Program-made: the position numbers and the translations under genes
Notes under the pieces: model-generated
The model's database searches: none
What the model saw: the letters and a program-made list of their open reading frames with translations, nothing else
What the model was told of the DNA's origin: nothing
Shown: positions 1 to 10,440 of the stretch, one piece after another
Layout: each line of letters starts with the position of its first letter
Position numbering within the stretch: the first letter of the stretch is position 1
Assembly: GCA_002010065.2 (NCBI GenBank)
Contig: MTMD02000001.1
Span: 64,001-128,000, forward strand
Length of the DNA: 64,000 bases
DNA from: Candidatus Pyrohabitans jungbluthii
Lineage (GTDB): Archaea > Hydrothermarchaeota > Hydrothermarchaeia > Hydrothermarchaeales > BMS3B
Direction of reading: 5' to 3'

Positions 1-2167
1 CAAGTTTTGCCACCTTGCTTTCTTCCGCCGCTAACCTCTGCTTCAGCTCCTGATTTTCCTTCTCATAGCCTTCGAGAAGCTTTATCCTTGAAACCAGCTC
101 CTGAATCTCCTTCTCCAGCTTTTCTCTGAGGTTCTCAAGCTCGCCCTTCTCCTCCCTGGTTATCTTGAGTTCTTCCACGCGTGCCCCAAGCTCCTGCTTC
201 GTGCTATTAAGCTCTTCCTCCAGCTTCTCCTTCATGGCTTCAAGCTCAGCGAGCTTTGCATCAAGCTTCTTAATCGTATCCTCCAGCTCGACGATCCTAT
301 CCTTGGCCGCGAGAAGCTCTCCCTTCGCCTGCGTCGCCTCCTCCTCGTATTTTTCAAGAAGCTTCACCCTGCTGGCAAGCTCACTCCTCTCGCTACGTAG
401 CTCTGCAAGCTCATTCTCAAGCGTCGCCTTCTCCACATTCAGCTTCTCTACAAGGGTCTCAAGCTCCTGCTTGGCCTCGGAATCTTTCCTTAGCTGGGCT
501 ATTTCCCTCTCCTTCTCCTTCAGCTCCTGCGTAGCCCTGCCAAGCTCTTCCCTTTGCTGGGAAAGCTCCTTTTCCAAGCTCGCCTTCTCAGCGAGCGTCG
601 TGGTAAGCCTGTCCTTTAGCTCAGCTACCTCTCCCTCAAGTTTTTCAATGCTGCGCTTCGCAGAAGCCAGTTCCGCCTTGAGGTCTTCATTTTCCTTCTC
701 AAAGCCCTCAAGCAGCTTTACTCTACTTACATATTCTTCTATCTTCTCGCTCAACTCCTTAATCTTCGCCTCGTTGTCTATCCTGACCTTCTCAAGAACC
801 CTCTTCTCCTCTTCGAGCAATTCTTTCTCTTCCTTAATTTTAAGAAGCTCCTCAATCTTTTCCTTTGCCAGACTGTGCTCATTCTCAAGTTTCCTGTACT
901 CCTGCTCCAGCTTTTGATGTTTTTCTTTAAGTTCTGCCAGCTCCTGCTTCACAGCATCGAGGGTTTTCACCAGCTCGTTAAGCCTGGCGCTCTGCTCCTC
1001 GACGGTAAATTGCGAAGCGCGGAGATTCTCAGTTAACTCCTCAACCTTACCTTCAAGCTCTTGCTTTTTATCACCCAGCACCTGGAGCTTCTGCTTTAGC
1101 TCCCGTATAAGGGAGCGCATCTCCTTCTTCTCAAGATCATCGCCCGCAAACTCCCACTTCTCAACCTTCTCCGCCGAGAAGTCCAGAATAGCGCGAATGC
1201 TCTCATGAGCCCTCTCATAACCTTCAAGAAGTCTGTCTCTGATAAACAGCGTGGCGCGCTCCTCCACCATCTCCTGGTTTCTCGCCAGCAGCGCGTCGAT
1301 CTCTGCCTTCCTCTTCCTTAGTTCACCGAGCTTTTCATCAATCTCCCTCTTCCGCTCCTTCAAGCTATCGCATCTCTCCTTCAGAGAGGGTAGGTCTGAA
1401 AACTCCCTTAGTATCTCCTCCTCCTTTTCCCGCTTTCTCCTCTTAATCACCTCATATTCAGAGGAGAAATACTTCAGCTTGAGCTCAAAAAGGTCTGTCC
1501 TTGCCTTAATCTCCCCTATACTCGCCTTGCCGGTAATCTTTCCCACAAAACCCCCCTTTGGAGAAATCTCAAGAACACCTCCCCCCGATGAGTATTCATC
1601 AAGGAGAGTTTCCAGGGTAACAGGCTTACCGGCCAGCTTAATCTCCACATCCTCGGCATAGGGGGCGATGTCCCTGATAAAAGCCTGCCTCACCCTCGAG
1701 GCTTGCGCTGAGAACTCCCTCTCCACCTCATCTCTACTGCGCTCATACTCCTCAATCTTCTTTGAATAAGCCTCCTCGCAGCTCTTCAGCTTGCCTTCAA
1801 CTTCCTCAGCCTCCTTCTCCAGGGAGGCTATCTCCTCCTCAAACTTCTTGAGCTCCTGCTCTCCCTCAGAAACCGCCAATAGCTCTTCACGGGTTTTTGT
1901 GACCTGCTCACAGAATTCTTCGAGCATCTCAGAGGCGCGTATCCCCGTATTTTTAACAAAATCCCGCTCCTCTGGGAAATTCTCGTGTATCAGCTTAATT
2001 AGCTCAATAAGAGGGCTGCGAAGCGAGAGTGAGCGTTTTTCTATCTCTGTCAGCATGTCTATAAATTCCCTGCTTGCAGGTTTCTCTAAAGATGAAAGAG
2101 ATTTTATATCCTCATGGATTGAATACCACTCACTTCTGAGCACGTCAAGAAGCTCGCTTACCCTCAT
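1..2167 (-). CDS. Long coiled-coil protein (>720 aa), runs off the left edge
   Basis: Not in the ORF track because there is no stop in the window. Manual translation from ATG at 2167 (MRVSELLDVLRSEW...) gives an open E/K/L-rich heptad sequence with a recurring SR(V/I)KLLE motif. No Walker A motif at the N-terminus. Confidence 0.85.
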   Translation of the reverse strand, partial: MRVSELLDVLRSEWYSIHEDIKSLSSLEKPASREFIDMLTEIEKRSLSLRSPLIELIKLIHENFPEERDFVKNTGIRASEMLEEFCEQVTKTREELLAVSEGEQELKKFEEEIASLEKEAEEVEGKLKSCEEAYSKKIEEYERSRDEVEREFSAQASRVRQAFIRDIAPYAEDVEIKLAGKPVTLETLLDEYSSGGGVLEISPKGGFVGKITGKASIGEIKARTDLFELKLKYFSSEYEVIKRRKREKEEEILREFSDLPSLKERCDSLKERKREIDEKLGELRKRKAEIDALLARNQEMVEERATLFIRDRLLEGYERAHESIRAILDFSAEKVEKWEFAGDDLEKKEMRSLIRELKQKLQVLGDKKQELEGKVEELTENLRASQFTVEEQSARLNELVKTLDAVKQELAELKEKHQKLEQEYRKLENEHSLAKEKIEELLKIKEEKELLEEEKRVLEKVRIDNEAKIKELSEKIEEYVSRVKLLEGFEKENEDLKAELASAKRSIEKLEGEVAELKDRLTTTLAEKASLEKELSQQREELGRATQELKEKEREIAQLRKDSEAKQELETLVEKLNVEKATLENELAELRSERSELASRVKLLEKYEEEATQAKGELLAAKDRIVELEDTIKKLDAKLAELEAMKEKLEEELNSTKQELGARVEELKITREEKGELENLREKLEKEIQELVSRIKLLEGYEKENQELKQRLAAEESKVAKL

Positions 2168-2351
2168 TTAGATCACACTCATTTGTGGAGTTTGGTATCC
2201 ATTTTTTAAAAGCCTTACGCATAGGGAGGATTGGTGCATAAAATTTTTGAAATATTTTTCAATTAAAGGGGGTGATGTGAAGATTCGTTCTAAAAAAGTT
2301 TATATCAAATAAATTTAAAAATTTTTAAATATTAATTCAGGGTGCACTGAG

Positions 2352-4442
2352 ATGCTCGGGATTATAAAAAAGGTTGGGTCGGCAATAAGGAACATGAAAC
2401 TTGTTTATAAAATTGTTGGAAGCTTTCTGATTATTGCCCTCCTATCCCACGCTGTGGGAATAATCGGGTACATGAAAATCGGAGAGATTAATTCAGCAAC
2501 TGCGAGGATATCTCAGGAGGCGTGGCCAAAAGCCGAAGCTTCTGCCCGGCTCTCAGAGGAGCTTTTTCTGCTTTCAGAATCTGCACTTAAGTATGCGGTT
2601 GCAGATTCTGAGATGCGCAAGGAGCTTAAAGACAGCTACTTCACCAGGGGAGAGAGATTGAGAGAGCTTATAGCTGAGATGGACGCCCAGCCTCTACATG
2701 TTCAGGAAAAGGAGGCGATGCTGACAATAAAAGAGACCTTCCCAAAATTCTTTGAGGCCGGGCTTACGCTGATGAGCGCATACGAGGAACTGAGCACAGC
2801 AAGAGAAGAGATTTCAGAGAAGGCTGAGGAGATCCACGAGGTGGGAGATGAGATAATCGAGACATCTGAAAGTCCTGCAATTAAAGAAGGAATCATAGAG
2901 CAGATGCTGGCAGCCTATGAATACATCAGCATCGGAGAAGAAGAGGAAAAGGAAAGGTTCTGGGAGGTTGGAAATAAATTAAAGGAACTGCCTGAGTATT
3001 CGAGCATAGAGGAAGAGCATACGCATTTTGAGGAGATTGCTGCAGGGCTTTTCGATACTTACGAGGATATGAAGGTGAAAGAAGCTTATGCAGAGGAGAG
3101 GAGGAGAGAATTTGAGAATTACAGAGACATTATTGTAACAAATGCCAGGAACCTCATTGAGGTGCAGAGGGAAACAATGGTCAGTGCAATGGCCACTGCT
3201 ATTCAGGAAAGTCAGGACACCAAAGAGGAATTGCAGACTGTTGCAGGTGCCGCAGTGCTTCTTGCTTTGATTTTTGCCATTGTTGGAGTGAGGACGATTA
3301 CCCGCCCGCTGAAGGAAATTTCAGAGAAGGCCAAAAAGGTTGCTAGGGGTGACCTGACGGTGGAGATCCGCAGCCAGAGCAAAGACGAGCTAGGTGAAGT
3401 TGCTAACTCCTTCTCTGCGATGCTTAAATCCCTGAGAGAGCTTATTGGTGATGTAAGAAGGGTGGCAGAAAACATCGCCTCTTCCTCCCAGCAGCTTTCT
3501 GCCACCAGCCAGAACGTCACTGCCTCGGCGGAGGAGATCAACAGCATAACCCAGGAGATAGCGGAGAGCTCTGCTACTGTCGCCTCAAAGACTCAGGAGA
3601 CAATGAAGGTCATGGACAATATGGAAGGCTCCCTTAACAGGGTGGAGGAAAGCGTGGCAAGAGCGATGAGCATAGCTGCTAGAACACGGGAGACGGCTGA
3701 GCAGGGAAGCGATGCCGCAAAGGAAGCGCTGGGCAGGATCAGTGAGATGAGAAGGCTAACCTCTCACACATCTGAGATGGTGAGAGAACTCGGGGAGAGC
3801 ACACAGAAGATAAGGAGGATCGTGGAAGTGATCTCCAACATCGCGGAGAAGACGAACCTGCTCGCTCTAAACGCCGCGATAGAGGCTGCGCGCGCAGGTG
3901 AGCATGGTCGAGGCTTTGCTGTAGTTGCGGAGGAGATAAGAAAGCTGGCGGACAGCTCTGCAAAGTCGGCAGAGGAAATAGGAAGCATAATCGACGAGGT
4001 AGGGAGGAAGGTAGGACAGGTGGTAAGCGAAATAGAGGCAAGTGCTGAGGATATAGAGAGTGGCACCCAAGTGGTGAGCAGTGCCCTTGCTTCTTTCAAC
4101 GAAATAACAAAAAGTGTTGAGGAGACCAGTGGGGTAATAGGTGAGATAAATCTCGCCACCAAAAAGCTTAAAAATGATGCAAGGAGCGTAATTGAATCAG
4201 CTAACTCCATTGCGGCAATGATAGATGAGACTGCTGCCGCAACCCAGGAGACAGCCGCCGCTGTTCAGGAGCTTAGCGCCGCGATGCAGGAGCTTGCAGC
4301 CATGGCTGAGCATCTCTCTGAGGCGGCGCAGCAGCTTGAGGATTCTGTGAAGATGTTTAAGGTCACTGATTCACCACCTACGAAGTCCGTGGAGCCTCAA
4401 AGCACATCTAAAAGCGTTATATTGGAAAGCTTAAGTAAATAG
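2352..4442 (+). CDS. Methyl-accepting chemotaxis protein
   Basis: Two TM helices flanking a helical sensor domain, a HAMP domain, and the MCP hairpin motif [37 protein letters not shown]. Confidence 0.97.
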   Translation: MLGIIKKVGSAIRNMKLVYKIVGSFLIIALLSHAVGIIGYMKIGEINSATARISQEAWPKAEASARLSEELFLLSESALKYAVADSEMRKELKDSYFTRGERLRELIAEMDAQPLHVQEKEAMLTIKETFPKFFEAGLTLMSAYEELSTAREEISEKAEEIHEVGDEIIETSESPAIKEGIIEQMLAAYEYISIGEEEEKERFWEVGNKLKELPEYSSIEEEHTHFEEIAAGLFDTYEDMKVKEAYAEERRREFENYRDIIVTNARNLIEVQRETMVSAMATAIQESQDTKEELQTVAGAAVLLALIFAIVGVRTITRPLKEISEKAKKVARGDLTVEIRSQSKDELGEVANSFSAMLKSLRELIGDVRRVAENIASSSQQLSATSQNVTASAEEINSITQEIAESSATVASKTQETMKVMDNMEGSLNRVEESVARAMSIAARTRETAEQGSDAAKEALGRISEMRRLTSHTSEMVRELGESTQKIRRIVEVISNIAEKTNLLALNAAIEAARAGEHGRGFAVVAEEIRKLADSSAKSAEEIGSIIDEVGRKVGQVVSEIEASAEDIESGTQVVSSALASFNEITKSVEETSGVIGEINLATKKLKNDARSVIESANSIAAMIDETAAATQETAAAVQELSAAMQELAAMAEHLSEAAQQLEDSVKMFKVTDSPPTKSVEPQSTSKSVILESLSK

Positions 4443-4500
4443 AATCTCAAATTTTGTGATAGTTGCGAGAAAAAAGTTTTATATTGTCAAGCATAAGGCT

Positions 4501-5934
4501 ATGAATAAAGGAAAAGAAATAGGGATGATCCCCTTGGAAGCTCTGCTGGAGGAAGTGACCCAGCTTAGGGAGCTGGAGAAGACCTATCTCAAGGTTATAA
4601 AGGCGCTTCATCTTGAATGTACGAGACTTGAAGAGGAGGTTTCTCAACTCAGGAGGCTGAAAGAAGAGGTTAAATATCTGCAGCAGCTTGAGCTTTGGTA
4701 TATCAAGGCGCTCAAGGGCTTGAACGAGGAATGCAATCGCCTTGAGAGGGAGATTTATGAGTTGAAGAGGAGGAGCGTCTTACCCCAGACGTCTGTTAAC
4801 ATCGAGAGGTACCTTGAAGGTGACTTCACGCTTCTGGAGCTTCTTGCCTTTGCAGATAGCAGAGTTAGCCTGAAAGCGCTTAAAAAGGCATCCAGCTGGC
4901 TTGGAGTGGAATACAGAAGAGCAAAAGAGGAAATCAAGAAACTCGAGAGAGATGGGATTATCTACCTTAAAAATGGGCATGCGGTGATAAGAAGCGAGGT
5001 GCAGGAGCAGTTCAGAGATTACCTGCTCCGCAGTATTCCAGATAGAGATGAGATAATAGAAAACCTCAATGCCGATGCCATTGAAGCTGTTGAGCTGCTC
5101 CGCCGCAGACGTGGCGTGCTAACAAAAGACAAATTTGAAGAGCTGGACGTGGATAAGAAGGCTGCACTTCTGAAGCTTGTAGAAAAGAAGCTACTCTTCA
5201 GAACCATCGACAGGGATGGTGAGTTAATCTACTTCATGCCCGAAGAAGTTCTCGAGCTAATGGAGGAGCTTCGAGTAGAGGTTGCGAAACGCTCAAAAGT
5301 GACAAGAGAAGAGTTGATGAAAAAATTGAACATCAAAGACCCGACGGAGGAGGAAATTGACCTCATACTAAGCACATTCAATGAGTCTGAACTGGAGCCG
5401 GCTGAGCTTGAAAGCAATGAAACACTTATTGAAGCTTTCCGCAATGAGCAGGTTGATGTGTTGGTAAACGCTCTGAAGAGCGAAGATGTGCACATCCGCA
5501 GATTCGCTGTCTCTGCCCTGTGGAAGATTGGAAGCAGGGATGTGGTGGAACACCTTATCGAGATGCTCGACGATACCGACGCCTATGTTAGAAGGCTCGC
5601 CATCTCGGCGCTATTGAAGATTCCCGACGAGCGCATGGTGGAGCCGATGATAAGGAAACTCGACGACGAGGACAGCATGGTGCGCTACTCCGCTGCGTCC
5701 TACTTTGACAACTACCCTCACTCAAGCGCTTTTCCCTCGCTAGTGAAAGCTCTTAGGGATGAGGACAGCATGGTGCGCACCGTCGCCGCCTCAGCGCTCG
5801 GCAAGCTTGGCATGAAAGAGGCTGTGCCATATCTGATAGAGGCTTTAAGGGATGAGGACGCGTGGGTAAGGCACTGCGCTGCTGAAGCTCTGGACAAGAT
5901 AAAAGGCAGGATAAAAAATGTACGATTGGCTTGA
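4501..5934 (+). CDS. Coiled-coil plus HEAT/PBS-lyase repeat protein
   Basis: N-terminal coiled coil and C-terminal HEAT repeats (LxDED..VR..AA.ALGK). Start uncertain (4456/4501/4525). Confidence 0.85.
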   Translation: MNKGKEIGMIPLEALLEEVTQLRELEKTYLKVIKALHLECTRLEEEVSQLRRLKEEVKYLQQLELWYIKALKGLNEECNRLEREIYELKRRSVLPQTSVNIERYLEGDFTLLELLAFADSRVSLKALKKASSWLGVEYRRAKEEIKKLERDGIIYLKNGHAVIRSEVQEQFRDYLLRSIPDRDEIIENLNADAIEAVELLRRRRGVLTKDKFEELDVDKKAALLKLVEKKLLFRTIDRDGELIYFMPEEVLELMEELRVEVAKRSKVTREELMKKLNIKDPTEEEIDLILSTFNESELEPAELESNETLIEAFRNEQVDVLVNALKSEDVHIRRFAVSALWKIGSRDVVEHLIEMLDDTDAYVRRLAISALLKIPDERMVEPMIRKLDDEDSMVRYSAASYFDNYPHSSAFPSLVKALRDEDSMVRTVAASALGKLGMKEAVPYLIEALRDEDAWVRHCAAEALDKIKGRIKNVRLA

Positions 5935-7834
5935 TAAGTTGCTGGAGGAGGATGAGAAGGAGCTTAAGGAGATTTCATTCCCTAGAGGTAAGAAGCTCGA
6001 AAAGCACTTCAGAAACCTCAAAGAGGTAAAGAAGTTCATTGAGAAGTCAAAATTTACTGGGATAGTAAGGGCCAAGTCGAGAATTGAAAATGTCTTTCTC
6101 CTGTATCTCCAAGGGGAACTTGCTGGAGCTGCTACCTTTTCAAGGCTTGGGCTGTATACCACATTTGGAGAAAAGGCCCTCAGTAACATCCTTGACTCCA
6201 GTTTCGTTATAGAGTCTATAGAGGAGTATAATCATGAAGAACTCTACTCTACGCTTATTTCAAATCCTGAGATGGTAGCCAACAAGAACCTCCAGAGGAA
6301 AATCTTCAGTATAAGTGAGACCATTGACACCCTCCCCCCAGAGACTGTTGGGCTGCTTGAGATGCTGGTATTCAGTGAGGGGGCTGTACAGAGAGAGCTA
6401 CTGAGAATTGTTAGCCTATCGGTATTTCTCTCTGACTTCGGAGAAAATGACTTCAATGCTGCCATTGACACAATAGATAAGCTTGACTTTGTAACAGAAC
6501 GCAATGGCGGTTATGAAATCAGCAGTGAATACAAAGCCCTGCTGCGGCAGATATTTCTCAAGCGTGCCAAGGTGGAGAAAGCGAGGGAACTTATTAGAAC
6601 CGACCAAACCACCAGTCAGCTCCTTTCCCTTTTAGCCGATACCGGAAAGGTCAGCTACAGTGAACTCAAAAAATTTCTAGGTGGAGAGGTGGACACAGCG
6701 ATAAGCAAGCTTGTGAGCCTTGGGGCTCTGTTTAGAGGCGTGGACAGCAGCGGTTTGCCAACCGTATTCCTCCCGAAAGCGCTTCATGAACAACTCCTCG
6801 CAGAAAGGACAGAGGAAAACCAGCGTGTGGAAGAGGTGGAGCTGAGCAGGGAAGAGCTGATGAAAAAACTCAATATACGTGAACCCACAGATGAGGACAT
6901 CGAGGCTATAGTTCGCTCTATACTGGAGGAGTCTGAGGATGAACTTGAGGCACTTCATCCCCTTATTGAAGCACTGAGAGAGGGCGATGCTCGGGTAAGA
7001 AGCGTCGCAGCCTCCGCCCTAGCAAAGATAGGCGACGCGCGTGCAATTGAGCCCCTGATACATGCCCTGTTTGATGAAGACAACAATGTGAGGGTAAGCG
7101 CTGCAAAGGCGCTGGGCACGTTGAAGAGCCCAAAGGCTGTAGAGCCCCTGATTGAAACACTCAGCGACGAGGATAGTGCCGTAAGAGCAAGCGCTGCAAA
7201 AGCCTTGGGGAGCATTGGCGACACGCGCGCAATAGAGCCTCTGATCTCTACCCTTAGCGACGGGGACAGCACGGTAAGAGCAAGTGCCGCAAGAGCTTTG
7301 GGGAGCATCGGTGACGAACGCGCAATAGAGCCTCTGATTGAAGCCTTTTATAAGGAAGAGGATGAACTTGCGCGCAGGGACATAATATCCGCGCTTTCCG
7401 GTTACAGAGACGAGAGAATACTGGAGATTATGATACAGTGTCTTAAGGATAGAGATGCCTATGTGAGGCGCATCGCCGCCTCGGCGCTCTGGAAGAGTGG
7501 CGGTGAGCGTGCCATTGAACCACTCATCGAGGCGCTCAAAGATGAAGAAAGCACTGTGAGATACTGCGCAGTCTCAGCTTTGGATGGAGTCAAGGATGAG
7601 CGCGTGATTGAGCCGCTCATAGGGGCACTCAACGACAATGATGATATGGTGCGCACCGTCGCTGCCTCTGCCCTGGGCAAGATTAATGACGAGAGGGCGA
7701 TAGAGGCGCTCAAGAAGGCACTTAATGATAAAAGCGAATGGGTTCGAAACTGTGCTGCTGAGGCACTACAGAATCTCGGCGTTAACATCCCAGACACCAA
7801 ACCTGAGACACTCTTCGAGAAAAAAGTTATATAA
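5918..7834 (+). CDS. DUF2226-like N-terminal domain plus HEAT/PBS-lyase repeat protein
   Basis: N-terminus (KFTGIVR...[12 protein letters not shown]) resembles DUF2226/PATAN-like domains. About nine HEAT repeats (AIEPLI.AL.DED..VR..AA.ALG). Confidence 0.85.
   Translation: MYDWLDKLLEEDEKELKEISFPRGKKLEKHFRNLKEVKKFIEKSKFTGIVRAKSRIENVFLLYLQGELAGAATFSRLGLYTTFGEKALSNILDSSFVIESIEEYNHEELYSTLISNPEMVANKNLQRKIFSISETIDTLPPETVGLLEMLVFSEGAVQRELLRIVSLSVFLSDFGENDFNAAIDTIDKLDFVTERNGGYEISSEYKALLRQIFLKRAKVEKARELIRTDQTTSQLLSLLADTGKVSYSELKKFLGGEVDTAISKLVSLGALFRGVDSSGLPTVFLPKALHEQLLAERTEENQRVEEVELSREELMKKLNIREPTDEDIEAIVRSILEESEDELEALHPLIEALREGDARVRSVAASALAKIGDARAIEPLIHALFDEDNNVRVSAAKALGTLKSPKAVEPLIETLSDEDSAVRASAAKALGSIGDTRAIEPLISTLSDGDSTVRASAARALGSIGDERAIEPLIEAFYKEEDELARRDIISALSGYRDERILEIMIQCLKDRDAYVRRIAASALWKSGGERAIEPLIEALKDEESTVRYCAVSALDGVKDERVIEPLIGALNDNDDMVRTVAASALGKINDERAIEALKKALNDKSEWVRNCAAEALQNLGVNIPDTKPETLFEKKVI
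6955..7345 (+). repeat. ~93-nt tandem coding repeats (HEAT units)
   Basis: Near-identical units such as gtaagagcaag(c/t)gc.gcaa.agc.ttggggagcat.gg.gac...cgcgcaatagagcctctgat. Confidence 0.8.
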
Positions 7835-7863
7835 GCACTGACTACGTAACCTCTACCGGAGGT

Positions 7864-8667
7864 ATGCGAATGGGCACATCTATAACAATAGCTGCCGGCA
7901 AGGGTGGTACAGGCAAAACAACCATAAGTGCCAATCTTGGAATCGCTCTTGCACAGAGGGGGAAGAGTGTCACAATTCTCGACGCCGACATAGCGATGGC
8001 AAATCTGGAGCTTATTCTCGGAATGGAAGGGAAAAGCAGAACCCTGCAGGACGTGCTTGCAGGGGAGTGTGAGATTGAGGAGGCCATATATGAGGGTCCA
8101 GGTGGAGTTAAGGTTGTTCCGGCAGGCATAAGCTTGAGCAAGCTGAAAAGGGTGAATCCAGAGAGGCTCGCTGGGGTTATGGAAAGTCTTGTGGATAGAA
8201 CCGATATTCTAATTATTGACGCTCCTGCAGGCCTTGGAAAGGAAGCATACATTGCTCTCTCCATGGCAGAAAATCTCATACTTGTGGTAAACCCTGAGAT
8301 TTCGTCACTATCAGACGCGCTTAAAACAAAAAAGGTAGCTGAGATGTGCGGCACAAACGTGCTTGGTGCGATACTCAACAGGGCAACAGGCAATGAGTTT
8401 GACCTTACTGCGCATCATGTAGGCGCTGTGCTTGAGACACAAATCCTGACGGTGGTGCCGGAAGACAGCGAGGTTAAGAAAGCCTCTGCAATTGGTGTGC
8501 CTCTAGTTATAAGCTCACCCACATCAAAGGCTGCTATTGCAATAAACAGGCTGGCGGCAGAGCTTCTCGGCGAGGAGTACATACCTCCTACAACTCCTGA
8601 GAAAAAGAAGAGCATCCTGCAGAGACTTCTGGGTGGGCTGAAACTTAAGACAAGAAGCGCACCTTGA
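7864..8667 (+). CDS. minD: Archaeal MinD-family ATPase
   Basis: Deviant Walker [19 protein letters not shown] and IDAPAG motifs, and a C-terminal amphipathic SILQRLLGG. Confidence 0.93.
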   Translation: MRMGTSITIAAGKGGTGKTTISANLGIALAQRGKSVTILDADIAMANLELILGMEGKSRTLQDVLAGECEIEEAIYEGPGGVKVVPAGISLSKLKRVNPERLAGVMESLVDRTDILIIDAPAGLGKEAYIALSMAENLILVVNPEISSLSDALKTKKVAEMCGTNVLGAILNRATGNEFDLTAHHVGAVLETQILTVVPEDSEVKKASAIGVPLVISSPTSKAAIAINRLAAELLGEEYIPPTTPEKKKSILQRLLGGLKLKTRSAP

Positions 8668-8677
8668 GTGGATACGC

Positions 8678-8908
8678 ATGGTGGACGTTTACACCTCCTT
8701 AAAAATTCTCTACTTTCTCTTCGGAATAAGCCTAACCTTGAACGTAATCCTTGCCTTTAAGGTTAGAAGCCTCCGCCTCAAGATAGAGGAGATGAACAGC
8801 CGGATTACACTGTCTGAAGAGGAGATCCAGCAGATAACCGCACGCCTGAAGCGTCTTAGCGAGCTTCATGGCGACATAGAGCTTCCCCCAATCACACTGA
8901 GAAGGTAG
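8678..8908 (+). CDS. Small single-TM protein with a short coiled coil
   Basis: Hydrophobic N-terminal helix then a heptad stretch. Starts 10 nt after the minD stop. Confidence 0.75.
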   Translation: MVDVYTSLKILYFLFGISLTLNVILAFKVRSLRLKIEEMNSRITLSEEEIQQITARLKRLSELHGDIELPPITLRR

Positions 8909-9774
8909 CGCAAGGAATCTGAGAACTCCCTGAACCTCGCCCTCGCAACCTCCTTGCCCTTTGACGTTATCACGTACATTTTACCTCTCCCTTTGTGGAA
9001 GGATTCCTGCTTTATAAGCCCCTCCTCAGCCAACTCATGCAGAAGTGGGTAAACCATGCCCTGACTCACAAGCACACCGTAGCGATGGAATATGGTTTTG
9101 ATGATATTGTAACCATGCATTGGCTCCTGCATTAGTATGGAAAGGATTATTAAATCCAGAAACTTTTTCACCAGGCTCTCGGTTATCTCAGCGGAGATTA
9201 TCTCGATTCGCCTTTCTTGCGCCTCTCCAGAAACAACGAGGGGTGCGATTACTGTTTTCTCTGCATCAGCCGAAACCACCACTAAGCTGTATAGTCTCAG
9301 AATCTGTTCTAGGAATTCGCTGTCCACCGCCTCGACATTGAAGCAGGTGACAAATGTAGCTTCAGGAAACCTGCCAAATAAATCTTCGAGTACTGAAATA
9401 AACTCTCTGCGCAGGAGATAGCCTGGAGAAGTATCAAAATCGAGAACCGCAGCGCCTCTTTTGTGCTCTATTAAAAATTTTTCAAGGGCTCTGCTAAGGT
9501 TTTGAAGGGTGTTCTCAGCCTTTGCCACCGACTTCTTTATGCCCATTTCATAAATCCTCAGGTTACCTCTGACCCCAAGCTCAACCGCACTCTCCACAAA
9601 GGCGTAAGAATAGAATACACCCTTATTTTCAGATAAACCTGCTTTAACAAAAGCTCTCACCGCTTCCTGCTTATCAAGTTTTGAATCATAGAGAAAAAGC
9701 ACTTTATCTCCATCTGCAATGTTTTTAAACACAAACACTTTACTTTTTACAGGAAAAACCAAAAACTTCTTCAT
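8866..9774 (-). CDS. PadR-family regulator with an N-terminal MEDS/inactive RecA-like sensor domain
   Basis: C-terminal PadR wHTH (PMHGYNII...VSQGMVYPLLHELAEEGLI...YVITSKG). The N-terminal domain call is tentative. Confidence 0.8.
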   Translation of the reverse strand: MKKFLVFPVKSKVFVFKNIADGDKVLFLYDSKLDKQEAVRAFVKAGLSENKGVFYSYAFVESAVELGVRGNLRIYEMGIKKSVAKAENTLQNLSRALEKFLIEHKRGAAVLDFDTSPGYLLRREFISVLEDLFGRFPEATFVTCFNVEAVDSEFLEQILRLYSLVVVSADAEKTVIAPLVVSGEAQERRIEIISAEITESLVKKFLDLIILSILMQEPMHGYNIIKTIFHRYGVLVSQGMVYPLLHELAEEGLIKQESFHKGRGKMYVITSKGKEVARARFREFSDSLRYLLSVIGGSSMSP

Positions 9775-9825
9775 GCAAATTATATATCAACACAGAAGAT
9801 TATAAAATTTTCTCATTATTGAGAC

Positions 9826-10434
9826 TTAGGCTGAGAAATTACTGCCCAGCTCCTCAAGCTTCCTGCGGAGTTCACTCTCCTTTATCGCAACCGTAACCTC
9901 GCCCAGAGTGCGCTCCATTATCATCCTGGCAACGTCCTGCTTGCGCTTTATCGCCACGATGGCGCTTGGATAAACAAGAGAGTTAAGCTCGTGGGTTATC
10001 TCATCCATAATATCAAGAAGACGCTCTATCTCGCTCAGCCTATCCTCGCGAAGCAGGTCTAAAATTCGCCTCCTGAGTTCGCCCACCACATCCGCCAAGC
10101 CAAGGAGGTACCACTCAGGAGGCACGCGAAGCTCTCTATGCGAGGGCACATCTTCGCCGCGCAGGAGGCACAGCGTAAGCCTTGCCTCCACGTACTCCTG
10201 CACAGCCTCCTGAAGCAAGCTAAACCTGAAGTCGTCCTCAGCAAGCATGGAAATTAGCTTCTCTGCCTCGTGGAGAAGCTCCTCCGCAGCTTCATACTGG
10301 CTGCGATGAAGCTCACGTAGAGCCTTTGTAGCCAGCCTCCTTATCTCCCGCCCTAAGCTAAAGACCTCCTCACGTCGAGCATCCTTGATGTCGAGCTCTT
10401 TCTTTATATCTGCCATTATCTCCTTTATACCCAT
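9826..10434 (-). CDS. Translin/Trax family protein
   Basis: QEYVEA and YLLGLADVVGELRR motifs. Confidence 0.9.
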   Translation of the reverse strand: MGIKEIMADIKKELDIKDARREEVFSLGREIRRLATKALRELHRSQYEAAEELLHEAEKLISMLAEDDFRFSLLQEAVQEYVEARLTLCLLRGEDVPSHRELRVPPEWYLLGLADVVGELRRRILDLLREDRLSEIERLLDIMDEITHELNSLVYPSAIVAIKRKQDVARMIMERTLGEVTVAIKESELRRKLEELGSNFSA

Positions 10435-10440
10435 GACGCT

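Noticed and set aside
1-2167. SMC/Rad50 assignment for the coiled-coil protein
   Set aside because: No N-terminal Walker A head and no recognisable hinge or zinc hook in the visible part.
165-2171. Ser/Phe-rich + strand ORFs (165-917, 1251-1661, 1791-2171) and the many similar antisense ORFs across the window
   Set aside because: They are shadow frames of real genes on the opposite strand or in another frame.
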